A stretch of DNA of 63,684 nucleotides, counting the filler, from Craspedostauros australis (taxonomy: Eukaryota), in assembly GCA_030167865.1 (NCBI GenBank). It is 5 parts of 5 records of this genome, joined end to end, with 100 filler letters (N's around TTAATTAATTAA, not from the genome) between each part and the next. Parts side by side here need not be neighbours in the genome. Positions count along the whole stretch, not along the records: positions 9,645 to 28,502 come from JALAGF010006374.1; 4 more parts are not named here. One strand, given 5' to 3'. The first letter of the stretch is position 1. The number at the start of each line of letters is the position of its first letter. Positions 9,645 through 22,205 of this stretch are shown here, piece by piece. The notes beneath the pieces are model-generated. The model searched no databases and was not told the origin of the DNA. It saw only the letters and a program-made list of their open reading frames with translations. Both the position numbers and the translations under genes were made by a program.

Positions 9645-11797
9645 CCACCCATGGACGAAACACTGTTGCAGTGGTGATGTTGGTGTACCTGTTGTTGTTG
9701 TTATTGTTGTGGTTGTGGTTGTGGTTGTGATTGTGATTGTAACAGGAACGAAGTGCTCTGTGGAGCAATGATCTCTGTGGAGAGTGTTGGGGTTGTGAGT
9801 TTTGTGTGCTCTGCGCTGGCCCAAGACAGCAGCCTTGTTTTGCGCGGACCGGAGACGAAAACACGCTCAGCAAACACCGACACAGTGTAAAGTGGGGAAA
9901 TGGAGCAATGACGAAGAGCGAAAGCAACTCGGGCGAATTTTGGGGGGAAAGCACCAATTATCCAAAAANNAACNAAAATGCCATATTATTCCGTCGAGGA
10001 TAAGAACTAGGCGGAAACAAGCGATTTATGACTTAAACGCTATGAAATAGAGCCAATTATTGCATTTTGAACTGCCCCCCTGGGGAGCGCGGTAGATAAC
10101 ATCCATGTGATGCTGATGTGATGCTGATGCTGGTGGAGCCGAGTAAGGCGTGTTTGTCGAGCAGGGTACAAGCATGTTGGGTAATCGTGGGGCAAGTGAA
10201 GTGATCGTGCTGTCCATGGACTCGGACAATCGGTCTCAGACCATGTCCGTACCGCGCACCGCGCGTGTCGCCATGCAAGATTGGACCCGGTTCCTGTTGT
10301 TGCCTCTTCATGTCGCTTGCCCAGGCTGTCTTGGATGTCCAAGTATTCGTTGGGTATTGGAGGTATTGGTTTGTGATGGTGCGATGAGTTTCTGGGTTGA
10401 TGGTACATGTCCAAAGCATTCTCGGGACACTTCGGTTCCACGAGCTACAAGGAGAGCAGTCAAGAACGACGACAGAGTTGTTGTCCATCTCATCCACTCT
10501 CCATAGGATCACAGGAATAGCACAGTAAAGAATGCTGCTGCGTGTTCACTTTTCCTCCCTCGATACACTACTACTGCGAAACCAGGGTGAGGAAATGGTG
10601 AGCTGCTGCGCAAAAGTTCGCAATGGTGTGACGTTGCCTCGATCGTCACACTTTTCTCCGATCTTCGGAACACCCAACCGAACCGTTGTGTGCTGGCAGT
10701 GTTCCGACTCGCTGTTAAGTGCGTGTATGCTGTAGTGTTGTTTGTGTGGGCAATTTCAGTACCGCTATACACCTGGAGCGATGCGGCGATGTTGTGTCAC
10801 ACAGAATTCGAGCAATTCGTGGCATTCGGTTCGGCGGTTCTGCGCGATGCCTGCGACAACCTTCCACGGAAACAACCAACTGCTCGAAAGTTTCGGACGC
10901 TTCAAGGTGACGTCGCCACGCCAACAGCGTACCATTAAGTGAAGTTGGCCACGTAGGCAAGGATTCAAGTGGAGACTGATTCTGCTGACAAGGTGGTTGA
11001 ACCGAGCCACAAGAAGCAAAGCCAAAACCGAGGACAGAAACAGCGCCCAAGCCCTTGCAGATGTCACGAAACATAACCTGTCTGATCTCATTCTGCAGTG
11101 CCGATTTGCTTGTCCTCACGATCAATACGAATTTGTCGTGGGTTGTCGCTGTCGCGGACGCAGCCGTTCCGTCATTTGCCCCTCTCTGTGTCTTCATCGC
11201 TTCTCTCCATTCTTTGTGTGGGTTCTTCCGTGTCGTCCCTCGCTGTCCCTTGTTGAGGTTGTGGCTGTCGCCATGGAGCAAAGCGAGTCCATGCGCGTCC
11301 ATGGACACACAGCAGCAAGGGAGGAGAGGGTGAGTGTGCGAGTATTGGTGCGGAGGCTCCGTCGCTTCCGTGCGTCCGTTTTCGCGCCTTGATCGATGTC
11401 GTTGTTGCAGTTGTCAATCCCAGGAGGCGCTTTCGGTCCGAAGATCGCCACAGAATTGCCTTTGGTCCAAGCACGAGCACAAGTACGTGCGAGTGTACGT
11501 GCGAGTTCGTGGAGCTGGAACGCACCACAACTCGTCTCGTTACCCCACATCCGCGTTTCCTTCCCACATCGTGTGAGTGATCCTCTTCCTCTTGTCTCAC
11601 AAATCAACAACAACACCCAAAAGCAAGTCCAGCCAACAGCCACCTCTCTCTCACTCTCACAAATCTCAAAACACACACAAAACACACACAAAACACACAC
11701 AAAACACACAAACCAATCACAACAAGCACAAAACAAGCACTTTCACCATCCACCTCTCTCCAAACAACCAAGTCGACGACCATCCAAAACCAACAAG

Positions 11798-12556
11798 ATG
11801 ACTCTCATGGCAGCCCTCTCCTCGAACAACCAGGGCACGTTCCTCATCAGATCCGGCATGTACGATGAGGCAGTCCCCGAATTCAAGCGCGCGCTCCAAC
11901 TGCTCCAGAAGAGCATGGAGGTCAAGGACGTGGATGAGCAGTGCCGTTGCGGCGATGACATGTGCGACAGCGCCAACGCTGGCAGCGACCATGCCATCAA
12001 CGAGCCATGCGGTCAGTCAGAGGACGCACCGGCGGCCACGCAGCAACAACCAGTGTGTCCGCTCAGCGAGACCATCCACCAGTGCGCCACGAGGGATCTA
12101 TGCGACGCCCTGCAAAGCCCGACGTACATCTACCAAACCCCCATCAGCATCCCCTACCTGCCTGCGTCCTGCGACGATCACGAATACACGACACTAACCT
12201 ACATCGTGACATTCAACCTCGCCCTCGCGTGCCTCCTGTCCGGAATCTCCGCGGAGACGCAGGAAGTCTGCGACAAGAGACTAAGGACCGCGCGCAAGCT
12301 GTACGAGCTCACCTTCCAGATGCAGCTCGATCCCGACATCCTCCTCCTCACGGCCGTTCTCAACAACCTCGCCTTCGTCCACAGACATCTCGGCAACGAC
12401 TTCGAGGCCAACGAATGCGAGAAGCAGCTCCTCAGCGCTGTCCTCTACCTCGTCGATCAAGGCGTCATCAACAAGAGCACGCAATCCGTCGATGGATTCC
12501 TCAGCAACGTGATGCACCTGATCGTCAGCGACACATGCACAGCATCTGCGGCGTGA
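11798..12556 (+). CDS. Hypothetical alpha-helical/TPR-like protein of an expanded diatom family
   Basis: Intronless ORF from MTLMAALSSNNQG with strong C/G third-position bias. Motifs NN.G, YIY.PI.I, FNLALA, ARKLYEL, LNNLA.VH and terminal ASAA. A CA-rich 5'UTR precedes the ATG. Confidence 0.8.
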   Translation: MTLMAALSSNNQGTFLIRSGMYDEAVPEFKRALQLLQKSMEVKDVDEQCRCGDDMCDSANAGSDHAINEPCGQSEDAPAATQQQPVCPLSETIHQCATRDLCDALQSPTYIYQTPISIPYLPASCDDHEYTTLTYIVTFNLALACLLSGISAETQEVCDKRLRTARKLYELTFQMQLDPDILLLTAVLNNLAFVHRHLGNDFEANECEKQLLSAVLYLVDQGVINKSTQSVDGFLSNVMHLIVSDTCTASAA

Positions 12557-14495
12557 AATCGCGCAGATGATCCCGATCGCATCCTCGCTAGCTATCTCTA
12601 TACCTAATCCATGTTATTATTAAACAAACAGTCTCACCGCTACATAAACTATAACTCACCATCATACCATACCATTCCACATCTGCGGAACGTTAGGTCC
12701 CGTTGCATCACAAGTGCTCGACACTTACATGCATTGCGACATTTGCAACGATACGATACGATGTGACCTGCACATCGCCGCTCCTTTTCAACTTGTCCAT
12801 CATAGCATGCGCGGCCCCGCTGTGGTAGCTCTCGTCCATGGTGCACTGGAGGCAAGACTGTCTTGATGCGGCGAGTGTTGGTTCGTCCTGGACGGACCTT
12901 TTCGTGTTTGTGCTGGTCATTTGCCTTGCAAGCTGGATCAACAGTGTGATGATGTCAACCTCAACCTCAACATGAGGAACAACTCTTCCACTCGAAAATG
13001 TCATTTTCCGTGACGTCACGACGACAAGATCCAGCTGCAACAGCAACAACTCCCGTGTCGACAACCCTCCATTTTGGGTTGCTTGTGACATGCCTGTCCT
13101 TAATTTTATCAATACCACCGATGGACTCCTCTCTCCATCACACACAAGGCACACACGCAAGCACACACACAGGAAGGGTGACTATCTTCGATGTGCCATG
13201 ACCAGACATCCACGTGGTTGGAGATGGTTTGGTTGCCAATGGAATTTCGCGAAATGATATCCCTGAAGTTCTCAAGAGGGCGTGACAAGTGATGACAAGG
13301 ACGGACGTGTACTGACTTCGATGGGCAATTGCAGAGCGGCTTGGTTTTTAGAGCGTAGACCAGTGTTATTGCGATGCATGGCAGCCCATTTTAGTCGCTG
13401 CTTTGATCGTGACGCCTACGGATTTCCAGGGGTTTCGTTTCCTTGCTTCCATGATGGCTCGAAAAGACCCGCGAAGTTTCGTTCTTCCAAATACGAGGAG
13501 GGAAGATACATTGCCATGGATCATCGCGTGCGAACATGCAAGGGAAAACGCATCGAGAAGTGGCAACTCTCCTTTGGCTTCTGCTTCTCTCGTCGTTCCT
13601 TGGCTTCCCGTTTGGCGGCGTTTGAAGATGCGGTTTGCTTCTCGAGGCGGCACCACCGGCGGCGCGATCCCATTTTCGGATTTGTCTCTTTCGTGTGGAC
13701 CTTTGCATTGATCGTAATCGAGAAAAGATACGAACGCCAGTCCACGGCGCAATCCCATGAGGCCATCAATGTCCGTGGGGAACCGCATACGAGGGGGCTG
13801 AATTGCGGGATGCCGTTGGTCACAATGGGGCACATGGATTGAGGAACGGGAGAAGGAATGGACGAAAGAGCAGATGTGGCGAGAGGCGAACGGGTGTTGT
13901 GGTGGCGACGCCAACAGCGCAGATGAGCGATGTGAGAAGAACATGGTGAGCACCACCATGCCAATAAGCACCACTGTTGGAGACGAACCCGACCACATGA
14001 CCTGACCTGAGTTTGAAATGCCTGGCCATGGCGTTCCTGAAAACCGGGAACGGATAGATGTGTTGTGTGGACGGATGGATGGACGGATGCATGCATGCAT
14101 TTGTCGCGATTTGTGTGTTGCTTCTTTGTTCACCTCTCCTCCGTCTGACTCAGATTCTTCGTATTCTATGATGTGATTTTCTTTCCCCTCGCGATGGGTC
14201 GCAAAGTTGCAAATGTGGATAGCGCGGTTCTGGTGTCGAGTTCATGAGTTCTTTGGCTTACGGATGCTCAAGATAGTGTTCCAGGGGATTTCCTTCCGTT
14301 GTCCATCTTTCTTCGTGGTGTGCGTGCCGTGGTTCAAGTGGAGTGCTCATCGCGTGTGTACGGTACCACAAGATACCGCCACATCAGATGAATGGGAGGA
14401 TGAATGTTTCTTTCACAAAGCAAACCAGTCTTGCGGTAAGCGGAAAGTACTCTGCTCGGGTCTGCTTTGCGCCTGGTTGTTTTCCGATCTCACGG

Positions 14496-15647
14496 CTAAT
14501 TCTTGGCTTGTCTGGTCGCAACGGACTCAATGTACTTGGTGATGGATTTGTCGATGCCGTCATTGAACTTGGTGCACGGCGGTTGGATGTGACCTCGGAT
14601 GGCCGTGAACGGGTTCATGGTGTGCTGGATGAAGCAATTGTACACATCGGCCTTTCTCGTTTCGATGCAGTATCGGTGGGAGTCGTTCAAGGGATGCGGA
14701 TGTGGTGGTGTGTTGTGGTGCGATGCGGTTGCAGTTGCAAGTGGAATTGAATGGAGCAGAGCAAATTGTTTGAGTAAATGGAGGGTGGTGTGAAGCGATG
14801 CCGTGGACATATCCCCAATGCAATGTGACGGGCATAGCCAACATGCGTTGCTGCCTCATTTTCGGCGTGCGAGGCAAAGCTTCTGCATTAGTCGTACGTA
14901 TAATCTAACACATTGACAGCAGCAGCACTCCACCAAACGCCAATGCCAATGACATCATCTGCACGAAGATCGCCAATGACAGCCCACAACATCGAACTCA
15001 CCAACAGAATCTTGATCTCCGTCTCACGTCGCTTCTTAACGACGATGATATCGGAACATTCGACCATGGCAAGCACCTTGTTGTTGCTGGCGGAGACGTA
15101 GCAGTAGACCTCTGCATCCTCGACGCAGCCCAACGAGCCGACCCAGTTGGAACTGCGCTGCCAACGCGGCAAGGTGTTGGCTTTGGAACCCAGCAATTCC
15201 TCCAATCGATCCAATGTCGCATGCAGTTTCATCTGCGTATCGTTTGCATTGCATTCGTTTCCATGGTGCGTGTCGTAACGGCGCAGAGTTTCGGACGTGG
15301 TGATTGATGATGGTGAGATTCGCGTGTCCGCCAAGCTCGTACAATATCATTGTGGCGATGTTTGTCATGATGTTCATAATACGCACAACCTTCCACAACG
15401 GCCCATCCAATAATCTACCATACGACTACAACCCAACAACCGCACGCCGCAAATCAAACCAACGCACACGTGAACGATCCGCACGTACCTCCAATTCGAA
15501 GGAGAGATTGGAGTTGCCAGGTGCATTCTTCCATTCATCATCCGCAAAACCCAAGCAATCTTTCGGCCGCGGCTCTGGATTGTTGGGATCGAAAGCCCAG
15601 ATGGGCTCATTCTTGTTCCCCAAGATCATGAGACAACGTAGCGACAT
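14496..15647 (-). CDS. TRAPPC2L: Sedlin-family TRAPP subunit (TRAPPC2L-like), 3 exons
   Basis: Exons 15647-15489, 15232-15002 and 14651-14496 joined by GT-AG introns in phase 0. Motifs ILGNKNEPI, LHATLDRLEE, VYCYVSASNNKVLA, YNCFIQHTMNPF. Confidence 0.8.
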
Positions 15648-16762
15648 GGTGATTCTTGGTTGGGTCGTCGATTTGATCGGTAATGCCGTGTGCAATGCTT
15701 GTTGATGGCAGCAACGCTGGCTGGCCTCTCTGTCGACAGACAGCAACAACAACAGATTCGAATCCGCCGCAACGCAACGCAACACAACACAATGCGGAAA
15801 CCAAAAAATCGAACAGTGTCATTGTCGCTGTTTGAATCGTATGGATCGAACAACCACAGAATACAGTACATAAATAGACCCAAATGAAACGATCCGTACG
15901 CCGTCCGGATAGAAAACAATGACGAAATTTGGAAGACTGCAGACACGTCACACGCGGACAAACATGGTGGAATGGACGTTCACGACCAGAACTCCGAACG
16001 TATCATTTGACCCAAGAGACTGCATGAGACCGACCAATCGGATCGCTGATGACGAGGAAAACAGGAAAAGTTCGTCGTCACAACGTGATGTGATTGGTGT
16101 GGAACTGCAACGCGATCTTTTGCCGAATCCCACACACCAACAACAACGAAATCGCAAGCATCATCATCATCATCATGAAAGGGAGACGTGGTTGGTTTTG
16201 TTGTGGGGTTGTCTGCGTGGTGACGGTGTCGGGTTCGGCCAAATGCGTCTTGTCTGCGCGCGTTTGGTTCTTCATCATCTGTGTTTTTCTCTGTGTCGTT
16301 GGTTGCCACATCGCTCACTCCACGTACCCCCCTCTTCCAAAATCGTCGCGCAGAAGAGAATCAGCCAAACAAGAAGACCGGAAAACCACATCACCAAGCG
16401 ATGTTGTTCGTGTCCAAGCAGCACACCAAGCAACACACCAAGCAGCACATCACCTCTTGTGAGAGACGGGCTCGTCTGTGAACCATTCCGCCGCAGAGAT
16501 TGTGACATCAACACCCCACCACCTGAAGGTCTCATAATCTTGAAACGACACCAAAACAAAACGCTAACGCAAACGCTAACGCAAAGGCTAACGAGGAAAG
16601 CAGATAGCACGACGCAGTCTGCACCAAGAAACCACAAATCAGAAGCAGCAGTCCGCAAGTACCCACTTTGTTGACGCGACGACAGGAGCATCCACTCTCC
16701 GGTCCGCTTGAGTTCATTTCCAAACGAAGACTCTGCACAATACACAGCAATACAGCACAACC

Positions 16763-18116
16763 ATGGACTTCTCACTGAAAATGTGGAGCGAGATCCCGGG
16801 CCTCGTGTCCCACCATTACAAGAGCGGCAACATCAACTGGCCGATGAGCATCTACATCAGTCTGGTGCACATCATCGCCCTCGTTGGAGCCTTCAAGGCC
16901 TTTGAGAGCTCGGCGGAGACCCTCATCTTCTCCTTCATCTTGTGGCCAATCAGGTACGCGTCTTGCATCACATGGAATGGTTGGTTGGGTTGAATACAAG
17001 CTTGCATGCAATCATGGATGCAACCATGCATGCAACCATGCGTGGATGATTATCAAAAGCGTTCCTTCTGTTCCAAACTGGGAGGACCTGGGGCATGGCA
17101 TTGCGAACGGCATCGTGAACTGTATCGGAATGGATGCATTGCAGTGCATCATTGCATGTTGCTGCACAACAAACCACTCTCTAACACCCTGACTCTCCCT
17201 TTCATCACATCACAACACATGACGACACATCACAACATGTGCCCAACAAAACAAAAACAAACGAACTGACGTGCGCCACTCTGCTCTGCTCCGTACCAAA
17301 ACTCACAGTGGAATCGGAATCACGGTAGGCGTGCACAGATTATGGTCACACAGATCGTACGAGGCCGGCCTTCCGGTCCGCATCTTCCTGATGCTGTGCA
17401 ACTCCCTGGCCAACCAGGGCAGCATCTACCACTGGGCACGCGACCACCGCGTCCACCACAAATTCTCCGAAACCGACGCCGATCCGCACAACGCCACGCG
17501 CGGATTCTTCTTCGCCCACATCGGCTGGCTGTTCATCAAGAAGCACCCCGCGATCGTGAAGGCCGGGCGCGACATGGACTTCTCCGACCTCAAGGAGGAC
17601 GGCTGCGTCACCTTCCAGAAGAAGCTCGACCCGTGGTTCACGCTCTACATCTGCTTCTTCCTGCCCGCCCAGATCGCCTCGCACTTCTGGGACGAGAACT
17701 TCTGGAACGCATTCTTCGTCGCCGGCGCCCTGCGATACTGCATCGTCCTGCACTTCACGTGGCTCGTGAACTCCGCCGCCCACCTCTACGGCGACCACCC
17801 CTACGACGTCATGTCCTACCCCTCCGAAAACCCCATCGTGTCATGGTGCTCCATCGGCGAGGGATGGCACAACTGGCATCACAAGTACCCCTTCGACTAC
17901 GCCGCGTCCGAATTCGGCATCTCGTCGCAGTTCAACCCCAGCAAGCTCGTCATCGATACCTTCTGCGTCTTGGGATTGGCGTGGGGACGCAAGCGCGGTA
18001 CGGCCGCGTGGCAGATGGGACGCGCGCGTCGCGACAGAGATCTCAAGAACGGCGTGCCGCTGCCCAAGCCGGATCCAAGGCCGTGGGAAGTCACGGTCGA
18101 GAAGAAGGCGGCCTGA
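16763..18116 (+). CDS. Delta-9 acyl-CoA/acyl-lipid desaturase (SCD/OLE1 family, no cytochrome b5 fusion), 2 exons
   Basis: Exons 16763-16953 and 17309-18116 (GT-AG intron). His boxes HRLWSH, HRVHH and HNWHH; motifs DPHNATRGFFFAHIGW and WLVNSAAH. Confidence 0.95.
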
Positions 18117-18487
18117 ATGCGATTGTATTATGTACAAGGCGTCTTCACTTTCCTCAGCGATAGCAACAACAATCACGCGATCTAATCATCCACTCTAGAG
18201 TGCCATACCCACTTTTCACACCGAAATATGAAGACGTTCCTTGTATCATATTATATCATATTGGTCGTGTGTTGATGACGATCGTGACATCTATGTTGAA
18301 CTGCTCTAATATGATCACCACGAAAGGAGAACATTCGCCGATCTGACATCTGCAATGATGTGCTTCATCTTGTGTCACTGTTTGTGCATCTCTCTCCGAT
18401 CACTCTCGTGTCAGCATCGCAGTGGTATGTGTCGAGAGAGTAGGCACGATGATGCATCTTTGGCGCCGGCTTGATCCGACAATCTCC

Positions 18488-18871
18488 TCACTTGTCAGTA
18501 GTGGCCACATTCTCTTGCTGCTTCACACGCTGCCGCAGCGCCAACAACTGCTCGCGCACGCTGCTGCGCACAACCTTCGCATCCTCCAATTCTTGCCGCA
18601 ACATGTCCAACGCCTCCAACTCATTATGTTCTCGCTTCAGCTGCGCCAGCTTGCGCAACGATGTTGTATCATGGCGTCGTCGACGATGGCAATGCAAGAC
18701 CATCATGATGCAACACGATGTGATGATGATGACTTCCCACATGGGTTTTTGTGTGCGAATCGTCCGAGTCACAACCAACCAATTCTGAGGCGGTGTGATG
18801 TTTGTGGCGGCAAGATGATCCATGATCACTTCAGTCGTGACATTCAAAATGCCATCGAAAGTTTCATTCAT
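18488..18871 (-). CDS. Possible small membrane-anchored coiled-coil protein
   Basis: 127-aa ATG ORF with a hydrophobic stretch, then a basic patch and an E/L/R/Q heptad-like tail. No family recognised. Confidence 0.35.
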   Translation of the reverse strand: MNETFDGILNVTTEVIMDHLAATNITPPQNWLVVTRTIRTQKPMWEVIIITSCCIMMVLHCHRRRRHDTTSLRKLAQLKREHNELEALDMLRQELEDAKVVRSSVREQLLALRQRVKQQENVATTDK

Positions 18872-18975
18872 CGCAACAAAATAAGTAGAATAGAATACTT
18901 CTGTTTGAAGAGAGCAATAGCATTACAAGGACTGCACAATACACAATCACACAAATACAACAACACAACGACACC

Positions 18976-20397
18976 ATGAGCAGCAACAACCGCAAGAGAC
19001 GGCATCCCGATTCGGCAGGCACGACGCAGCGCACGTCGCAAGAACTGCTGCAGCTCGTGGAGTCGCCCAACTTCGAGGAGCTCTGCCGTCGGTATCCTGC
19101 CTTCGAACAGGCCTTCCGCAGCATCCAGCAAACGCAGAAGCAACCGCAGCAACCCAACAAGCAGCAGTACAAGCACGTCGCCTTCGCGTCGGCCATCACA
19201 CCCGCATTCAGCATCGCCTTGACGCGCGCCTTGCTGCAGGTCTACTTCGATATCGCCATGCCGCATCTGCCCATCGATCATCTGTGTCCGCCCGTTCCCA
19301 ATCGATTCTTCTACATCCACTGGTTGCGCTCGCATCTGCTGGCCACGATCGAGGCACCCACCAATCGGGGCATCGATATCGGTGTCGGTGCCAGCTGCGT
19401 CTATCCTCTGCTGGCGGCCAAGTACTGCGGTTGGAACATGCTCGGCACCGACGTCGATGCCGCGTCGATCCAGTATGCGCAGGCCAATGTCGACGCGAAT
19501 CGGCTCGGCGCGCAGATTCAGCTGCGGCACGTGCCGCCGGGCGATCCGTTGGCGCGCGCCTTGCAAGCGTGCGATACAAGGTCCTTCGATTTCGTCATGA
19601 CGAATCCGCCATTTTATGATTGCCAGGAACAGGCGCGGCGCAATGACGGCAGAGAAAGGGCGCCCATGACCTCCAGCGAAGGCAGCTATCCCGGCGGCGA
19701 AGTGGGATTCTGCACGGACATCCTCATCGATTCCTTGCGCAATCCATCATCGGCGCTGTGGTTCACGACCATGATGGGCAAGAAGACGTCCTTGACGCAA
19801 CTGCACAAGCTTCTCATACACATGCTGGGACCGGCGCACGTCGAGACGGCGGAGTACGGTCCGGGTCAGCACACGCGGTGGTTCCTGGCCTGGACCTTGC
19901 GGACGCCAAGTGACATGGCGCCGTCGGCGCGGTTGCCGCCACATCCCAAGGACACCTTCGTCGTATCATGCAACGTGCCGGACGCGGCGCAGCGCATCGC
20001 CACATTCTGCGCCTCGTCGCCGGGTGGTTGGCAATTGCAGACAACGCGCGCCGTACGCGGCATCATGACGATCCAAGAACGGAATCCGCCGCAACCGCGA
20101 TACTTCGTCGACGAAGATCAGCCCAACGCCACGTTGCCGCAACGCATCCGAACGACGTTGCAAGAGATCCCGCAGTTGCAGCTGCTGCCATCTGTGGGAC
20201 ATTTTGTCATCCACGTCAAGATCGCGGCCATCGCGCATGGTGCCGCGCAAGTGTCGTTGCAATGCTATCGCCATTCGTCGCGCGGCATGATCGCCATTGA
20301 AAAGATCCGCGGTGGGATGGATGTCGAAATCTGTCGCACGAGTCGCAAGTGGCGGCGGTTGTTGAAACGCCAGAATGATGCGAACATGGAGAGTTGA
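18976..20397 (+). CDS. METTL16: METTL16/RlmF-family RNA m6A methyltransferase
   Basis: Motifs F.EL.RRYPAF, ALTRALL..YF, LCPPVPNR, GIDIGVGASCVYPLL, FVMTNPPFY, GGEVGF, WFTTMMGKK, G..TRW.LAW. Confidence 0.92.
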   Translation: MSSNNRKRRHPDSAGTTQRTSQELLQLVESPNFEELCRRYPAFEQAFRSIQQTQKQPQQPNKQQYKHVAFASAITPAFSIALTRALLQVYFDIAMPHLPIDHLCPPVPNRFFYIHWLRSHLLATIEAPTNRGIDIGVGASCVYPLLAAKYCGWNMLGTDVDAASIQYAQANVDANRLGAQIQLRHVPPGDPLARALQACDTRSFDFVMTNPPFYDCQEQARRNDGRERAPMTSSEGSYPGGEVGFCTDILIDSLRNPSSALWFTTMMGKKTSLTQLHKLLIHMLGPAHVETAEYGPGQHTRWFLAWTLRTPSDMAPSARLPPHPKDTFVVSCNVPDAAQRIATFCASSPGGWQLQTTRAVRGIMTIQERNPPQPRYFVDEDQPNATLPQRIRTTLQEIPQLQLLPSVGHFVIHVKIAAIAHGAAQVSLQCYRHSSRGMIAIEKIRGGMDVEICRTSRKWRRLLKRQNDANMES

Positions 20398-20595
20398 GTG
20401 TTAAGGGTATCGCAGTGAAGTATTTGATTGATAATAGTAGAGTACTCTACTCTATTCTACTCTGTTCTACTGTACTGCAACAGTAGACTGTCGTCTTCTC
20501 TGTTGGTTCATGGTGTTGTATGACACTGTATTGCAGTCTAACATGTAACAGAATATAATACTACGTACGAAGGGCTTGCACGAGCCTCAACTACT

Positions 20596-21723
20596 CTACT
20601 GCGCCGCCACAGGCTCGCACGCGCCGCGAATGTCCTTGACGAAGTTGACCGCGCTCGTGACTCCCAACTTGGACGCCAGCATCTTGGGCAACGACGGCGA
20701 ATAGACATGCGTCACGGCCGTCATGAGACATGCGTCGGGACCCACATCCTGCAGCAGATTGACTCCGAGCAGGATATCGTTGCGCGGCAGATCCTGCGAT
20801 TCCGGATCGGCCTGAGGACACGCGCGGCTCACGCACAGATAACCATCGGACAGTTCTTGGGTATGCATCAGCGTCACGGAGACCATGGGCGACTTGGTCA
20901 TGGGCGGTTGCGTCAGATTGCGCACGATCTTGGTGCGGTCGTCGAGCTGCTTCAGATCGGTGCGGCCCAGACTCATCTTGTTGTAGATTTGGACGCGATC
21001 GGAATCCATGAGGAGATCGGCCATGTCCTGCGACGACAATGGCAGGATGGATTGCGTCTTGATCAGCGGCAGATCGGCGCCGCGGCATGCCTCGTATTTG
21101 GATCGGCCGATGTAAACCAGCACCGTGCCGTCGTCCAACGCGGCTTGCGTCGTGCCCGCCTTGAGGATGCGCTCCGTGTCCTTCGTGGGCCTCCAATCGA
21201 TCCATTCATCGCCGCGCGTCGCCATGTCCAATCCCGATCGTGCCAGCTGCTGCACGGCGTGCGGATTTTCGAATTCGTCGCCCGTCATGTCTTCCCATGC
21301 TTGCGTTGGAATGAGCGGCAGAGCCAAATCGATTTGGGTCGGCTCCTCTTCAACGGCCTGCTGTCGTCGTGGTTTCTTCTTGACTCTGGCAGCGAGAATC
21401 ACGCGCGGCGAAGCATCGGCGTCATGTCGACTGTGACGCTTGGCAGGACCATCGCTATCGTGGTCGATGCCCCAACTGGAGGGAATCGAAAGATCCACGA
21501 TGCCACCATGACAATCTCTGCCACTCAACCGCACATCCTCGCATTTGGCAGGTTCGTCGTGGAGCGTGAAGCTCAAGCCGCCAAGCCGCGTGAAGTGCTC
21601 TCGCGGTCCGATCGGATGTCTGCTTCCGAAGGTCGGAGTTCGTCTCGCCATCACCATGTGAATGGTGCCCAGCAGGCAGAGGCAGCGCATCACGAGGCCG
21701 TTGCGGATCATCATCGTGGACAT
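20596..21723 (-). CDS. START-domain lipid-binding protein with a probable signal peptide
   Basis: Hydrophobic N-terminus (CLCLLGTIHMVMA). The C-terminal half has LLMDSDRVQIYNKMSLGR.D, TKIV, YLCVSRA, ILLGVNLL, TAVTHVYSPSLP and a final helix, typical of diatom START proteins. Confidence 0.75.
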   Translation of the reverse strand: MSTMMIRNGLVMRCLCLLGTIHMVMARRTPTFGSRHPIGPREHFTRLGGLSFTLHDEPAKCEDVRLSGRDCHGGIVDLSIPSSWGIDHDSDGPAKRHSRHDADASPRVILAARVKKKPRRQQAVEEEPTQIDLALPLIPTQAWEDMTGDEFENPHAVQQLARSGLDMATRGDEWIDWRPTKDTERILKAGTTQAALDDGTVLVYIGRSKYEACRGADLPLIKTQSILPLSSQDMADLLMDSDRVQIYNKMSLGRTDLKQLDDRTKIVRNLTQPPMTKSPMVSVTLMHTQELSDGYLCVSRACPQADPESQDLPRNDILLGVNLLQDVGPDACLMTAVTHVYSPSLPKMLASKLGVTSAVNFVKDIRGACEPVAAQ

Positions 21724-22205
21724 AACTTTCTTGCAACGTATTGTACTATTATACAACAGTGGTCTGCTATGTGCTGCTGGTATGATATGTCAAACATGTG
21801 ATGCAGTTGACGTGGACACAGAGATCGGTTGACACTTGTTGTCATTGTTCTTCTTGTGCGTGGTGGGCAGACATTTGTTCCACCAACTGCAATTTCGATT
21901 TCAGTCATCGTTGGCAGATTCCAAATCACGTTGGTCCAACGAGTCAATGGCGAATCTTGTCACAGCGCAACGAGATTCTTGCATTCGACAAATTACGACC
22001 GTGTCTAGCCCGCAACGCGCTGCAAATAGGAGTAGCCCCAAGGTAGATGTGCCTCTACTCAACGTTAACGGTGCTGCAAAAGGACTAATATGCCATCATT
22101 CTCTCCCAAGATACGCACATGTCGCGAGAGAAAGAGAGCGCGTCGCCTCGTGCAGGTTCGCACCAGTTTCGTTCCCATGTTTATGTAGAGTATTCGCTTC
22201 ACAGC

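Noticed and set aside
10026..11392. Medium ORFs here and at 12650-14400, 15900-16700, 38900-39800, 45100-47000 and 48400-49350
   Set aside because: They show no codon bias or known motifs and are consistent with UTR or intergenic sequence. Small spliced genes cannot be excluded.
11396..11797. N-terminal extension of the 386-aa ORF
   Set aside because: It is a CA-rich 5'UTR-like sequence translating to T/H/Q/K runs. The family-like sequence and codon bias begin at ATG 11798.
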